Of a stretch of 64,000 nucleotides of DNA, positions 54,870 to 64,000 are shown in pieces. Position numbers and translations under genes: made by a program. Position 1 is the stretch's first letter, and every line of letters starts with the position of its first letter. The DNA lies in the NCBI GenBank assembly GCA_049970895.1, contig JBMFMB010000003.1:1-64000 (forward strand). Direction: 5' to 3'. The notes under the pieces are model-generated. The model was not told where the DNA came from, searched no databases, and was given only the letters and a program-made list of their open reading frames with translations. This stretch comes from Candidatus Bathyarchaeia archaeon (GTDB lineage: Archaea > Thermoproteota > Bathyarchaeia > Bathyarchaeales > Bathycorpusculaceae).

Positions 54870-55703
54870 ACCCGCCAAAAAGCCAAGAAGCCAAACGACA
54901 AGAAAGCCGAAAACCAGACCAAAAGCTATTGGAAAAGGCAGTCCAGGAAAAACTCCACCCTTCTCAAGCATTTTAAAAGCCAAAAAACATCCCATTAGAA
55001 TGCCAGCCACAGAGGCTAAGCATGGCAGAGAGCCAAAATAGATGAGCATGTGCCCCACAAGCATGGAATAGAAGGTTAGGTCGCCAAGCCCCATGTGAAT
55101 CTCCCTAAAAGAGAAGCTTAAACCCCTAAACTTTTCCAAGCCTTCACGGGCAATCTTACCAACTGGTCCCCGGTAAACGGCAAAGGCGTCATAAACAGCC
55201 AAAAAACAAAGGATGAGGACGGCGCTTAAAGTTGGAACACAAGCCCCCAGAAAAGCCCCGAGAGCACCACCCAACAAAACCACTAGGAAGTCGCCCACTC
55301 TGCTGCGAGTTTTAAAGATTATGTAGCATGTAAAAGCCGTTAGCATAATTGATGTTGGAACCAGAACTTCGATGAGGGATAAACAGAAAAGTGTTAGGAC
55401 TGCCGAAAAATAGACAAATGAGAGGAGAAATGTGGCTGTAGCCAGAGAAAAGCCAGTAACAATAGCAATAAGCCTATGGCTCCCCCTTTTCAAAAGGGAA
55501 AATAAAACAGTGGCTCCAAATCCGACTAAAACAACAAAGTACATGGCGTTCCCAAGGGAGCCAGCCGGATCCCCTGAAAACGGGGTAATGCTATAAAGCT
55601 CAATATGGGAGGCAAAAAGAAGATAAGCACATAAAAAGCCCACAGTCACACTTGCCAAAACAGGAGCCAGATGGATTAATCCAGCCCTGAAGCCTTCCCC
55701 CAA
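54858..55703 (-). CDS. presenilin/SPP-like GxGD intramembrane aspartyl protease
   Basis: LAVYDAFAV, MGLGDL, FPGLP, multi-TM. Confidence 0.85.
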   Translation of the reverse strand: MGEGFRAGLIHLAPVLASVTVGFLCAYLLFASHIELYSITPFSGDPAGSLGNAMYFVVLVGFGATVLFSLLKRGSHRLIAIVTGFSLATATFLLSFVYFSAVLTLFCLSLIEVLVPTSIMLTAFTCYIIFKTRSRVGDFLVVLLGGALGAFLGACVPTLSAVLILCFLAVYDAFAVYRGPVGKIAREGLEKFRGLSFSFREIHMGLGDLTFYSMLVGHMLIYFGSLPCLASVAGILMGCFLAFKMLEKGGVFPGLPFPIAFGLVFGFLVVWLLGFLAGLMG

Positions 55704-55878
55704 TTTATCACCAGGCTTTTAATAGAGATTTTCAAGCCTTAAAATGCATTTGAACTAGAATAAACTTTTCCTATAATCGGCTTCGAAGATGGAGCAATGT
55801 TTTGAATACTAATTTCGGCTAAATACGCCAAATTCAGCCTAAAAATCTGTAAATGCTTTATATCTTCGGCTAACAGAA

Positions 55879-55895
55879 TATCACTGGCAGTGAAA
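55879..55895. promoter_or_regulatory. TGM-like (TrmBL1/Tgr-type) site upstream of fba-pfk
   Basis: TATCAC-TGGCA-GTGAAA, 11/12 to TATCAC-N5-GTGATA, downstream of TTTATATC. Confidence 0.45.
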
Positions 55896-55899
55896 TTTC

Positions 55900-56817
55900 A
55901 TGCTAGTAACTAACAAGGAACTATTAAAAAAAGCCCAAAAGGAAGCCTACGCGGTCGGAGCCTTCAACATCCAAAACCTAGAAAGCTTACTAGCAGTTGT
56001 AGAAGCCGCTGTTGAGGAGAAATCGCCAGTAATTGTGGCTATAACGCCAAGTGCCATAAAATATGGTGGGCTAAACTATTTGGCGGGACTTGTTAAAACA
56101 GCAGCCGAATCAGTGCTCGTGCCCATGTCCTTGCACCTTGACCATGGCGAGGACGTTGAAATCGTCAAAAAATGCCTAGAGGCTGGCTTCACATCAGTGA
56201 TGATTGATGGCTCCCATTTGCCCTTTGAGGAGAACATAGCCCTAACAAAACGCGTCGTAGACATAGCCCATCTAAAGGGCGTTTCGGTTGAGGGTGAACT
56301 TGGAAAGCTAGCGGGAGTCGAAGAAAAAACAGTTGAGGAAAGAGAGGCTGTCCTAACAGACCCAAGGGAAGCCGAAGAATTCGTGAGGCGGACGGGTGTG
56401 GATGCGTTGGCGGTTTCAATTGGCACTTCTCATGGCGCATACAAGTTTAAGGGAGAACCCCAACTCGACTTCGAAAGACTGAAGCAAATACGCGAAAGAG
56501 TTGAAGTGCCACTGGTTCTGCATGGCGCATCCAGTGTTCCCCAATGGATAATCGAGAAAGCCACAAAATATGGGGCGGAACTAGCCGGAGCAAAGGGCAT
56601 ACCAGAAGACCATATAAAGAGGGCTATAGCCTTGGGCATAACAAAGATAAACATAGACACAGACCTACGGTTGACATTTACGGCCACTGTCCGTGAGGTT
56701 TTGGCAAAATCGTCAAAAGAATTTGATCCCAGAAAAATCCTTGGACCAGCAAAGGAAGCCATGAAAGATGTTGTGAAAGCGAAAATGCGCCTTTTTGGAA
56801 GTTCTGGAAAGGCATAG
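55900..56817 (+). CDS. fba: class II fructose-bisphosphate aldolase
   Basis: AVGAFN, HLDHG, SVMIDGS, EGELG, GTSHGAYK, LVLHGAS, KINIDTD. Confidence 0.96.
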   Translation: MLVTNKELLKKAQKEAYAVGAFNIQNLESLLAVVEAAVEEKSPVIVAITPSAIKYGGLNYLAGLVKTAAESVLVPMSLHLDHGEDVEIVKKCLEAGFTSVMIDGSHLPFEENIALTKRVVDIAHLKGVSVEGELGKLAGVEEKTVEEREAVLTDPREAEEFVRRTGVDALAVSIGTSHGAYKFKGEPQLDFERLKQIRERVEVPLVLHGASSVPQWIIEKATKYGAELAGAKGIPEDHIKRAIALGITKINIDTDLRLTFTATVREVLAKSSKEFDPRKILGPAKEAMKDVVKAKMRLFGSSGKA

Positions 56818-56838
56818 GAAAATGGAGGGAAAAGGGAA

Positions 56839-57867
56839 ATGCGGATAGGCGTATTGAGTGGTGGGGGAGACGCCCCGGGCATAAATGCTGTTATAAGGGC
56901 TGTTGTCCGTCGTGGAATACAAACATATCAAGACGAAATAGTGGGCATTAGGGAGGGTTGGCGGGGGCTTCTTGAAGGCTATTTTGTTCCGCTGGATTTT
57001 GAGGCTGTTGCCGGCATCCTCCCAAGGGGAGGCTCCATCCTCGGCACTTCAAGGACAAACCCTTTCAAACGTGAAAGGGGACCAGAACAAATAATGGAAA
57101 ACGCCAAAAAAGCCGGTTTAGAAGCGGTTATAGCCATAGGTGGAGACGACACCCTAAGCGTAGCCCACAAGATGGCTGATTACGGGCTTAAATGCGTTGG
57201 CGTCCCCAAAACGATAGACAACGACTTGGCTGGAACAGACTACACCTTCGGCTTTCACACCGCTGTGGCCATAGCAACAGAAGCCCTAGACCGCCTTCAC
57301 AGCACAGCGGAAGCCCACAACCGAGTTATAATCCTAGAAGTCATGGGACGTTACACTGGGCACATAGCTTTGGCTGCCGGACTCGCCGGAGGGGCGGACG
57401 TCATCCTCATACCTGAAAAGCCTTTCGACATTGATGAAGTCTGCGAATATATTAGGCGGAGACAAAAGCGGGGAAGAAACTTCAGCCTAATAGTGGTTGC
57501 TGAAGGAGCAAAACCAAAAGGCGGTAGGGAGATAGTTTACAGCGAACGAATAGACGAGTTTGGCCACATAAGCCTTGGCGGGATAGGTTATTTTTTGGCT
57601 AAGGAGATTGAGCAGCGAACCGGCATAGAAACCAGAGTGGTTGTTTTGGGACACTTGCAGCGGGGTGGCTCACCAACAGCCTTCGACCGCATCCTAGCCA
57701 CAAGATTTGGAGTGGCAGCCGTAGACCTAGCCCACCAAGGGAAGTTTGGCTACATGGTGGCTCTTCAAGGAAGCAAAATCGTGCCAGTACCTCTAAAAAA
57801 TGTTGTTGGCAAAAGGAAAATGGTTGACATTGAACTTTACGAGCTTGCCAGCGTTTTCTTCGGCTAA
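56839..57867 (+). CDS. PfkA-family phosphofructokinase with PPi-type signature
   Basis: GGDAPG, IGGDDT, PKTIDND, EVMGR, GHLQRGG. Confidence 0.92.
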   Translation: MRIGVLSGGGDAPGINAVIRAVVRRGIQTYQDEIVGIREGWRGLLEGYFVPLDFEAVAGILPRGGSILGTSRTNPFKRERGPEQIMENAKKAGLEAVIAIGGDDTLSVAHKMADYGLKCVGVPKTIDNDLAGTDYTFGFHTAVAIATEALDRLHSTAEAHNRVIILEVMGRYTGHIALAAGLAGGADVILIPEKPFDIDEVCEYIRRRQKRGRNFSLIVVAEGAKPKGGREIVYSERIDEFGHISLGGIGYFLAKEIEQRTGIETRVVVLGHLQRGGSPTAFDRILATRFGVAAVDLAHQGKFGYMVALQGSKIVPVPLKNVVGKRKMVDIELYELASVFFG

Positions 57868-58826
57868 GTTGCAAGGGTTTTAGCCAATCCCAAAAGCCGC
57901 GTGTCTAGAGGCTTTTCTTTACTGCAAACTTCTTTTAGGCTTATGCTCCTAATTTCGCCCTTCTGCAAGCCAACCACACAGTTTCCAACACCACTAGCCA
58001 GAAGGTTAACAGCCTCATTTGCAAATAGGCTTGCCAGTAGTCGGCTTCTGGCGGTTGGGCTTCCACCCCGCTGAGCGTAGCCAACAATGCTTAATCGAAC
58101 CTCTGCACCAGTGTTCGCCTCAATTTCTTCGGCTATTTTGCGGGTGTCGCCCACACCCTCAGCAGCAACAATTATGCCAGACCGTTTGCCCTTAGCCGCA
58201 TTCTCCTTAACAGTCTTGAAAACCTCTTCCATTTTTACGGGGGCTTCTGGAACCAAGATGACTTCGGCGCCAACCGTTAAGCCGACAGTCAAAGCTAGAA
58301 AGCCTCTTCGCCTTCCCATGACCTCTACGACGAAGATTCTTTCGTGGGATATGGCTGTGTCACGGATTTTGTCTATTTCCGAAACAGCTGTATTAACAGC
58401 CGTGTCAAAACCTATGGTTTCATCAACGCCATAAACATCATTATCTATCGTGGCTGGAACACCAACCATCAAAGCGTCTGTTTCACGGCTAAGCTCCAAG
58501 GCGCCCCTAAAAGAGCCATCCCCACCAATAACCACCAAACCATCCACGTTGTCAGCAGCCAAATTATCAGCAGCCTTTCTAATGCCTTCCCGAGTTTTAA
58601 ACTCTGGACAACGAGAAGTCAAAAGGATGGTGCCGCCCAACTGAATTATCCCACCAACAGAGCGCGGAGTCAAACGCCTAAAATGATTATTAATTAAGCC
58701 CTCCCAGCCCCTTTCAAAACCCAGAACCTCGAAGCCCATGGCACTCGCCAAACGAACAACACCCCTAATAGCAGCATTCATACCAGGAGCATCCCCACCA
58801 CTGGTGACAACACCCAACGTTTTCAT
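57864..58826 (-). CDS. pfkA: PfkA-family phosphofructokinase with ATP-type signature
   Basis: TSGGDAPGMN, IGGDGS, PATIDND, EVMGR; ATG 58826 after GGAGG. Confidence 0.92.
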   Translation of the reverse strand: MKTLGVVTSGGDAPGMNAAIRGVVRLASAMGFEVLGFERGWEGLINNHFRRLTPRSVGGIIQLGGTILLTSRCPEFKTREGIRKAADNLAADNVDGLVVIGGDGSFRGALELSRETDALMVGVPATIDNDVYGVDETIGFDTAVNTAVSEIDKIRDTAISHERIFVVEVMGRRRGFLALTVGLTVGAEVILVPEAPVKMEEVFKTVKENAAKGKRSGIIVAAEGVGDTRKIAEEIEANTGAEVRLSIVGYAQRGGSPTARSRLLASLFANEAVNLLASGVGNCVVGLQKGEIRSISLKEVCSKEKPLDTRLLGLAKTLAT

Positions 58827-58924
58827 CTGGCAACCTCCACCATAACTTCTCCAAAGCCTTAAAACAAGTTCCACCCATCAAAATAAATGACTTCCCATCC
58901 AGCCAAATGGAGGAGGATTAAAAC

Positions 58925-59254
58925 TTGGAAAAAGAGCACATAATCGTCCTAGTCACAACACCAAACAAGGAAGAGGCAGAAAAAATTGCCGGTTCACTGT
59001 TGAATGAAAGGCTTATTGCGTGCGCCAACATAATCGGTCCAGTGCACTCGCTTTTCTGGTGGCAAGGCAAAATAGACAAAGCCCAAGAACACCTAATCCT
59101 AATGAAAACCAGAAAAGACCTATTCAACAAACTCGCCGAGAAAGTGAAAGCCCTCCACAGCTACCAAGTCCCAGAAATCATAGCCACACCAATAGTGAAT
59201 GGCTTCAAACCATATATGGAATGGCTTGAAAGCATCCTTAGAACGAGCCTGTAA
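58925..59254 (+). CDS. cutA: divalent-cation tolerance protein CutA
   Basis: LIACANI, SLFWWQG, HSYQVPEI. Confidence 0.95.
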   Translation: MEKEHIIVLVTTPNKEEAEKIAGSLLNERLIACANIIGPVHSLFWWQGKIDKAQEHLILMKTRKDLFNKLAEKVKALHSYQVPEIIATPIVNGFKPYMEWLESILRTSL

Positions 59255-59310
59255 TGTGGAAATGTCAAAGTATTTAAAGTGATTTATGAACTACTTATTT
59301 AGGTTTAACA

Positions 59311-59670
59311 ATGGGTTTCACGTATGTTAAGGTGAAAGTGGTTAATCCTCTAACTCCGACAAAGTCGGAAGATGTTGAATTATCGGTGGATAGCGGAGCC
59401 ATTTTCACCTCTATACCCGGCGAGGTTCTAAAAAGTTTAGGTTTAAAGCCTGTTGACCGTGAAAAGCTTAAGGTTTACGGCGGAGCGGTTGTCGAACGGG
59501 AGATTGGGTGGGCTTTAATCGAGTATGGAGGTAAGCGTAGGGTTGTGCCCGTGATTTTCGGAGAAAAAGAAGACACCCCAATACTTGGTGCAACAAGCTT
59601 AGAATCCTTGGGTTTTCAAGTTGACCCGGTGACCAAAAAACTGAAGCCTATAGAATTCTTGATGATATAA
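59311..59670 (+). CDS. retropepsin-like (clan AA) aspartyl protease
   Basis: VDSGA, ILGATSLESLG..VDP. Confidence 0.85.
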   Translation: MGFTYVKVKVVNPLTPTKSEDVELSVDSGAIFTSIPGEVLKSLGLKPVDREKLKVYGGAVVEREIGWALIEYGGKRRVVPVIFGEKEDTPILGATSLESLGFQVDPVTKKLKPIEFLMI

Positions 59671-59743
59671 AACTCGTATTGCTTGCCACTTGAGATGGTG
59701 AAAGGTAAAGTTTTATAGTTTTGAATATGCTCATGAATGTTTT

Positions 59744-60063
59744 GGCGGTGGGTCTTAGGCGGGGGGCTAGGGGTCCCCTGTACCGTAAACCCTCTATATG
59801 ACGGGCCGAAAGCTGAGGCTGAGGCGCCCGTGGCCACCCAAAACCCCATTTCCGAAGCAGTGACTATCCGTCCCTTGGGGCTGACGGGACGCTGGGCAGC
59901 TTCCGTAGGGAAGCCTGTTCCGGCGTTTGCCAGGTGAACCTGGCTAGGCCCGGGAGGGAGCAACCTAAGCCTGGACGTTCGGCGCTCAAGGGGGTGCGGG
60001 TACGAGTGTAGGGTTTGGGGGAGTGGGTGGATTCTGGGCGTCGAACCTCAGTGACCCACCGCC
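59744..60063 (+). ncRNA. ffs: archaeal SRP (7S) RNA
   Basis: Terminal helix GGCGGTGGGTC/GACCCACCGCC, helix 6 GCTTCC-GTAG-GGAAGC, helix 8 AGGCCC-GGGA-GGGAGCA, about 320 nt, TATA near 59711. Confidence 0.93.
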
Positions 60064-60095
60064 GCTCCTCTAGCCTTTGTTGGAGTTGGCACTGT

Positions 60096-61605
60096 TTGAG
60101 CTTAAGTGGAAAGTTCTTGTGGGGCTTTTCCTCAAGCGGCTTCCAGTTTGAGATGGGTGACCCTTCTGGCAATGGCGTTAATGCCAACACTGACTGGTTT
60201 GTTTGGGTTCATGACGCAGAAAACATACGGCGGGAAATTGTGAGCGGTGATTTGCCAGAAAATGGTATTGATTACTGGCACTTGTACGCGAAAGACCATG
60301 AACTTGCGAGGAAGCTTGGGCTAAACGCTTACAGGATTGGTGTGGAATGGAGCAGAATCTTTCCAAAGGCAACCACAACAGTTCAAGTCGGGGTTGAGAG
60401 GGCTTCTGACGGCAATATATCGAGGGTTGATGTGGACGATAAAGCCATGGACGAGCTGGAGAAAATGGCGGACAAGGAGGCTTTAAACCATTATAGGCTA
60501 ATTATAGAAGATTTGAGGGCGAAGGGCTTCAAGGTTTTCGTCTGCCTAAACCATTTTACGCTTCCCCTATGGATTCACAACCCGCAGGTTGTGCGGGCGA
60601 CAAGGCTTAGGCGTGGTCCAAAAGGCTGGCTTGAAGAAAACACCATAATCGAGTTTGTAAAGTATGCCGCCTTCATGGCTTGGAGTTTAGGCGACTTGGT
60701 GGACAATTGGGCAACCCTAAACGAGCCGATGGCTGTCTGCGAAGCGGGCTACATGATGGCGCAGTCTGGCTTCCCACCAGGCGTAAACAGTTTCATGGCT
60801 GCTAAGAGGGCTGCAAAAAACATGGTTTTGGCGCATGCCCACGCCTATAAGGCGATAAAACGTTGGGACAATGTGAAGGCTGACGGTGACATCCCAAGCC
60901 CAGCCTATGTTGGGCTTATCCACAACGTGATTCCAACCCACCCCCTAAACGAAAGCGAAAAATTCGATGTTCAAGCTGCGCGTTTTATGGACAACTTGCA
61001 TAACCAGTTTTTCCCAAGGGCTGTTGCCGAAGGCTGGCTGGACGAAAACCTAAACGGCGTAAAAGAAAAGTGAAGTAAAGGGCTATTTAGCTAACCGCTT
61101 GGACTGGCTTGGCGTAAACTATTACACACGTTTCGTGATTAAAGGGAAAAGAAACTTTTTGGCAAAGTTGTTCGCCAAAATCCCCGCAGTTCCAGAAATT
61201 GTGCCAAACTATGGTTTTGGATGTCAACCCAAAAGCCAATCAGCCGCTGGCAAACCAACATCAAACATGGGATGGGAGATTTACCCAGAGGGCTTGCTTG
61301 AAGCCCTAAAGGCTATGGCGAAATTTGCCAAGCCACTCTTCATAACGGAAAATAGGGATAGCCAACGCCGAAGACAGCATCAGACCAAAATTCCTAGAAG
61401 ACCACATTATGGTTTTGGAAAAAGCCATAAAAGAGGAGAAATTAGACGTTAGAGGCTATTTCCACTGGGCTTTGACAGACAATTATGAGTGGGCTAGAGG
61501 CTTCAAAATGAAGTTTGGCTTGTGCGCAGTTGACTTCGAAACTAAAAGGCGGAAAATGCGGGGAAGCGCAAAACCTACAAGAGAATAATTGAGGCAAACA
61601 CTTGA
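60096..61605 (+). pseudogene. GH1 beta-glycosidase with three frameshifts
   Basis: FLWGFSSSGFQFEMG, TLNEP, GVNYY, ITEN/G, DNYEW; frame breaks near 61071, 61354 and 61573. Confidence 0.85.
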
Positions 61606-61773
61606 AAAAGCGAAAAAAGAAAGCAAAAACGCCCAGTGAAGCGTGAAAAAAGTAGAGGGGAGTAGTCAATTTTGCAGTTTGAAAACTTAGATAAAATTGA
61701 CATTCTGGCTTGCCACCAACGGTATGGAAAATGCTAAATTTTTGGGCAGGCGATAGGCTATTGGGTTTAAAGT

Positions 61774-62817
61774 TTGCCTCACAACGAGCTTCGCAAGGAC
61801 TACATCCTAGACAGATGGGTGGTAATCGCCACAGAACGCGGACGCAGACCCACAGACTTCGCAAAAAAGGAAAGAGCCCAAGCAAAAACTGGTGTCTGCC
61901 CCTTCTGCCCAGGAAACGAGCACATGACCCCACCAGCACTGCTCGTCTACATGGAAAAAGGCGGAAAAATTGAAAAGGCGAAAGACGAAAACGGCTTTAG
62001 GCATAAAAATTGGCTTATCCGATGTTTCCAAAACCTTTTCCCAGCCTTCAGCCCACCACAAGAAGCTCTAGGCAAAGGGAAAATCATGAAAAACCGAGAT
62101 TTAGCTTTGGCTCTTGGACACCATGAAGTAATAGTGGAGTCGCCAAATCATGATGAACATCCATCAGATGCGAGGCTCCCTCAACTGGTCCATGTTGTAA
62201 ACGCCTATCTGGACAGGCTCAGCGAGCTTTCAGCAAAACCATATGTACGTTACGTCTCCATATTCCGCAATCACGGCTTAGAGGCCGGAGCCTCACTTTC
62301 TCACGCTCACAGCCAAATAATCGCAACACCATTTACACCAAAAATTGTTCGAGAGGAGTTGGCTGCCAGCCGCCAGCACTGGCGCAAGAACGGCAACTGC
62401 GTCTTCTGCCAAATCATAGAGAAAGAGCGTAACAGTCCCCGCTTAATAATGGAAAACTCAGACTTCATGGTTTTTGCGCCATATGCAAGCGCAAACCCCT
62501 TAGAATTTTGGATATTCCCCAAAAAGCATGAGGCTTCACCCATAAAACTCTCGGAGAAGGAGAAGGAAAAAGAAAATTTTGCAAAAACTTTGAAGATATG
62601 CCTAGGTGCATTAAAAAATCTATTAAATGATCCGCCCTACAATTTCGGATTCCATATAGCCCTAGAAAAGGCTGCAAGCCCCTACTACCATTGGCATGTG
62701 GAGGTTTACCCAAAACTTGCCATCTGGGCTGGATTTGAAAAGAGCACAGGCATGTATATTAACACGGTTTCTCCAGAAGCAGCCGCAGAAAGCCTTAGAA
62801 AAGCCATATCACCCTAA
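61774..62817 (+). CDS. galT: galactose-1-phosphate uridylyltransferase family protein
   Basis: ELRKD..WVVIA.ERGRRP, CPFCPGNE, GASLSHAHSQ, CVFC, YHWH, AGFE. Confidence 0.9.
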   Translation: MPHNELRKDYILDRWVVIATERGRRPTDFAKKERAQAKTGVCPFCPGNEHMTPPALLVYMEKGGKIEKAKDENGFRHKNWLIRCFQNLFPAFSPPQEALGKGKIMKNRDLALALGHHEVIVESPNHDEHPSDARLPQLVHVVNAYLDRLSELSAKPYVRYVSIFRNHGLEAGASLSHAHSQIIATPFTPKIVREELAASRQHWRKNGNCVFCQIIEKERNSPRLIMENSDFMVFAPYASANPLEFWIFPKKHEASPIKLSEKEKEKENFAKTLKICLGALKNLLNDPPYNFGFHIALEKAASPYYHWHVEVYPKLAIWAGFEKSTGMYINTVSPEAAAESLRKAISP

Positions 62818-64000
62818 AATTTTGAGGATTTCCCTCTCAAATGGCGGTCTGAAATAGAGGATGTCTTCAACATAAGCCCTTAATGGTTCAGCCACACTCC
62901 ACGCTTGGGCAATGCAACCGCCAGCCTTATGCGGTGGGTCTCCATCATAAACCTCGCTTATGACTCCAAGCCCAGCCACAAAAACCTGCGTTGTTAAAAG
63001 CGGCGCGAGAAAGTTTCTGAAGGCATATTCCCCCGTGTACTCGCCATAACCCTCAACCTTCAAATAGGCCTTAACAAAAGGTCCTAGAAGCCAAGGCCAA
63101 ACAGTGCCATTGTGGTATGCTAGGTCTCTGCTTCGCCTATCCCCACAATAAACGCCTACATACATCGGATCGCTTTTTGCAAGGGTTCTTAAACCAAAGG
63201 GCGTTAAAAGTTCACGCCGCGCAACATCAACAACTCTCTCGCTTTTCGCCTTGTCAAGCATGGTGAAATCTAAGGCTACGGCAATAATCTGGTTAGGTCT
63301 AATAGACGAGTCGCCAAAGCCACTTTCGTCAACAACATCAAACAAACAGCCTTTCTCAGAATTCCAAAACTTTGCATTAAAGCTTTCTTTGGCTTTTTCT
63401 GCCAAGCTTGCAAATTTTTCAGCACTGCCAGGCTCTTTAAACTTTCTAGCCAAAATCTCCAGAGTTTTGAGGGCATTAAACCATAAGGCTTGAACCTCAA
63501 CAGCCTTTCCAGCCCTCGGGGTAACTGGCTGCCCGTTTACGGCGGTGTCCATCCATGTTAGCTGTGGTCCATGAAGAATAAGCCCATCATCGTCAACGCG
63601 GATTTTTGGGTTTGTTCTCTTCTCTAAGTTTTCGACTATGGCTTTTATGTTTTCCCATAGGTTTTTCTGGACGAATTCAAAGTCGCCAGTATACTTCAAA
63701 TATTGGAGGACGGCGTTAACAAACCATAACGTGGCATCAACAGTATTGTAAACAGGCTTGGCTTCTAAGTCTGAGATAAAGTTTGGAATTAAGCCGTCAA
63801 CAAGGTGTTGGTTAAATGCTAGAAAAGTTTGTCTGGCATCCTCAAATCTTCCAGTGACAAGCATGAGCCCTGGCAGGGATATGAATGTGTCTCTGCCCCA
63901 GTCCTCAAACCAATGATAGCCGGCAATAACAGTCCTCCAAGCCTTTTCAAAGTCTCCAACAATAAACGCGTCGGTTGCACAGACAAGCCAGTTAAGCCAT
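62809..64000 (-). CDS. amylo-alpha-1,6-glucosidase (glycogen debranching enzyme), 5' end outside window
   Basis: IAGYHWFEDWGRDT upstream of listed ORF, YNTVDA, LTWMD, RPNQ, YHNGTVWPW, QAWS. Confidence 0.93.
   Translation of the reverse strand, partial: WLNWLVCATDAFIVGDFEKAWRTVIAGYHWFEDWGRDTFISLPGLMLVTGRFEDARQTFLAFNQHLVDGLIPNFISDLEAKPVYNTVDATLWFVNAVLQYLKYTGDFEFVQKNLWENIKAIVENLEKRTNPKIRVDDDGLILHGPQLTWMDTAVNGQPVTPRAGKAVEVQALWFNALKTLEILARKFKEPGSAEKFASLAEKAKESFNAKFWNSEKGCLFDVVDESGFGDSSIRPNQIIAVALDFTMLDKAKSERVVDVARRELLTPFGLRTLAKSDPMYVGVYCGDRRSRDLAYHNGTVWPWLLGPFVKAYLKVEGYGEYTGEYAFRNFLAPLLTTQVFVAGLGVISEVYDGDPPHKAGGCIAQAWSVAEPLRAYVEDILYFRPPFEREILKILG

Noticed and set aside
59616-60190. ORFs 59616..59963, 59737..59937, 59864..60190 and the 5' part of 60015
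   Set aside because: Spurious frames across the GC-rich SRP RNA.
61071-61073. TGA read-through (Sec) or programmed frameshift in GH1
   Set aside because: Homology continues in another frame and there are three separate breaks.
1-64000. Many antisense or overlapping ORFs in the track; CRISPR arrays, transposases, rRNA
   Set aside because: Shadow ORFs lie opposite well-supported genes and lack motifs. No repeat-spacer array, transposase motif or rRNA gene was seen by eye.

Overview
Archaeal chromosomal segment. Gene content suggests a Bathyarchaeia-like TACK archaeon (inference from eL13/eL15/eL38, an archaeal CODH/ACS operon, bacterial-type class II Fba and PfkA, and frequent TTG/GTG starts). 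It carries SAH recycling genes, an Mg2+ transport cluster, two tRNAs, SRP RNA, a box C/D guide RNA, RNase P and ribosomal protein genes, a complete non-archaellar type IV pilus locus, F420 genes, tandem deoxyhypusine synthase-like genes, the cdhABCDE cluster with Ni chaperones, glycolysis and glycogen genes, and three decayed regions. No CRISPR array, rRNA gene or intact mobile element was seen. Most notable: (1) a SerK-like serine kinase fused to an O-phosphoserine sulfhydrylase, with a divergent regulator and a tandem palindromic operator; (2) a 26-bp motif ending TTCAT about 5 bp before a TATA-like box at six dispersed promoters, including the pilus genes; (3) a C/D sRNA predicted to guide 23S Gm2251; (4) an inverted single-chain HEPN-MNT; (5) a cofD-nitroreductase-MetF-like-cofE cluster near the Wood-Ljungdahl genes. 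All calls come from reading motifs by eye; no database searches were run.
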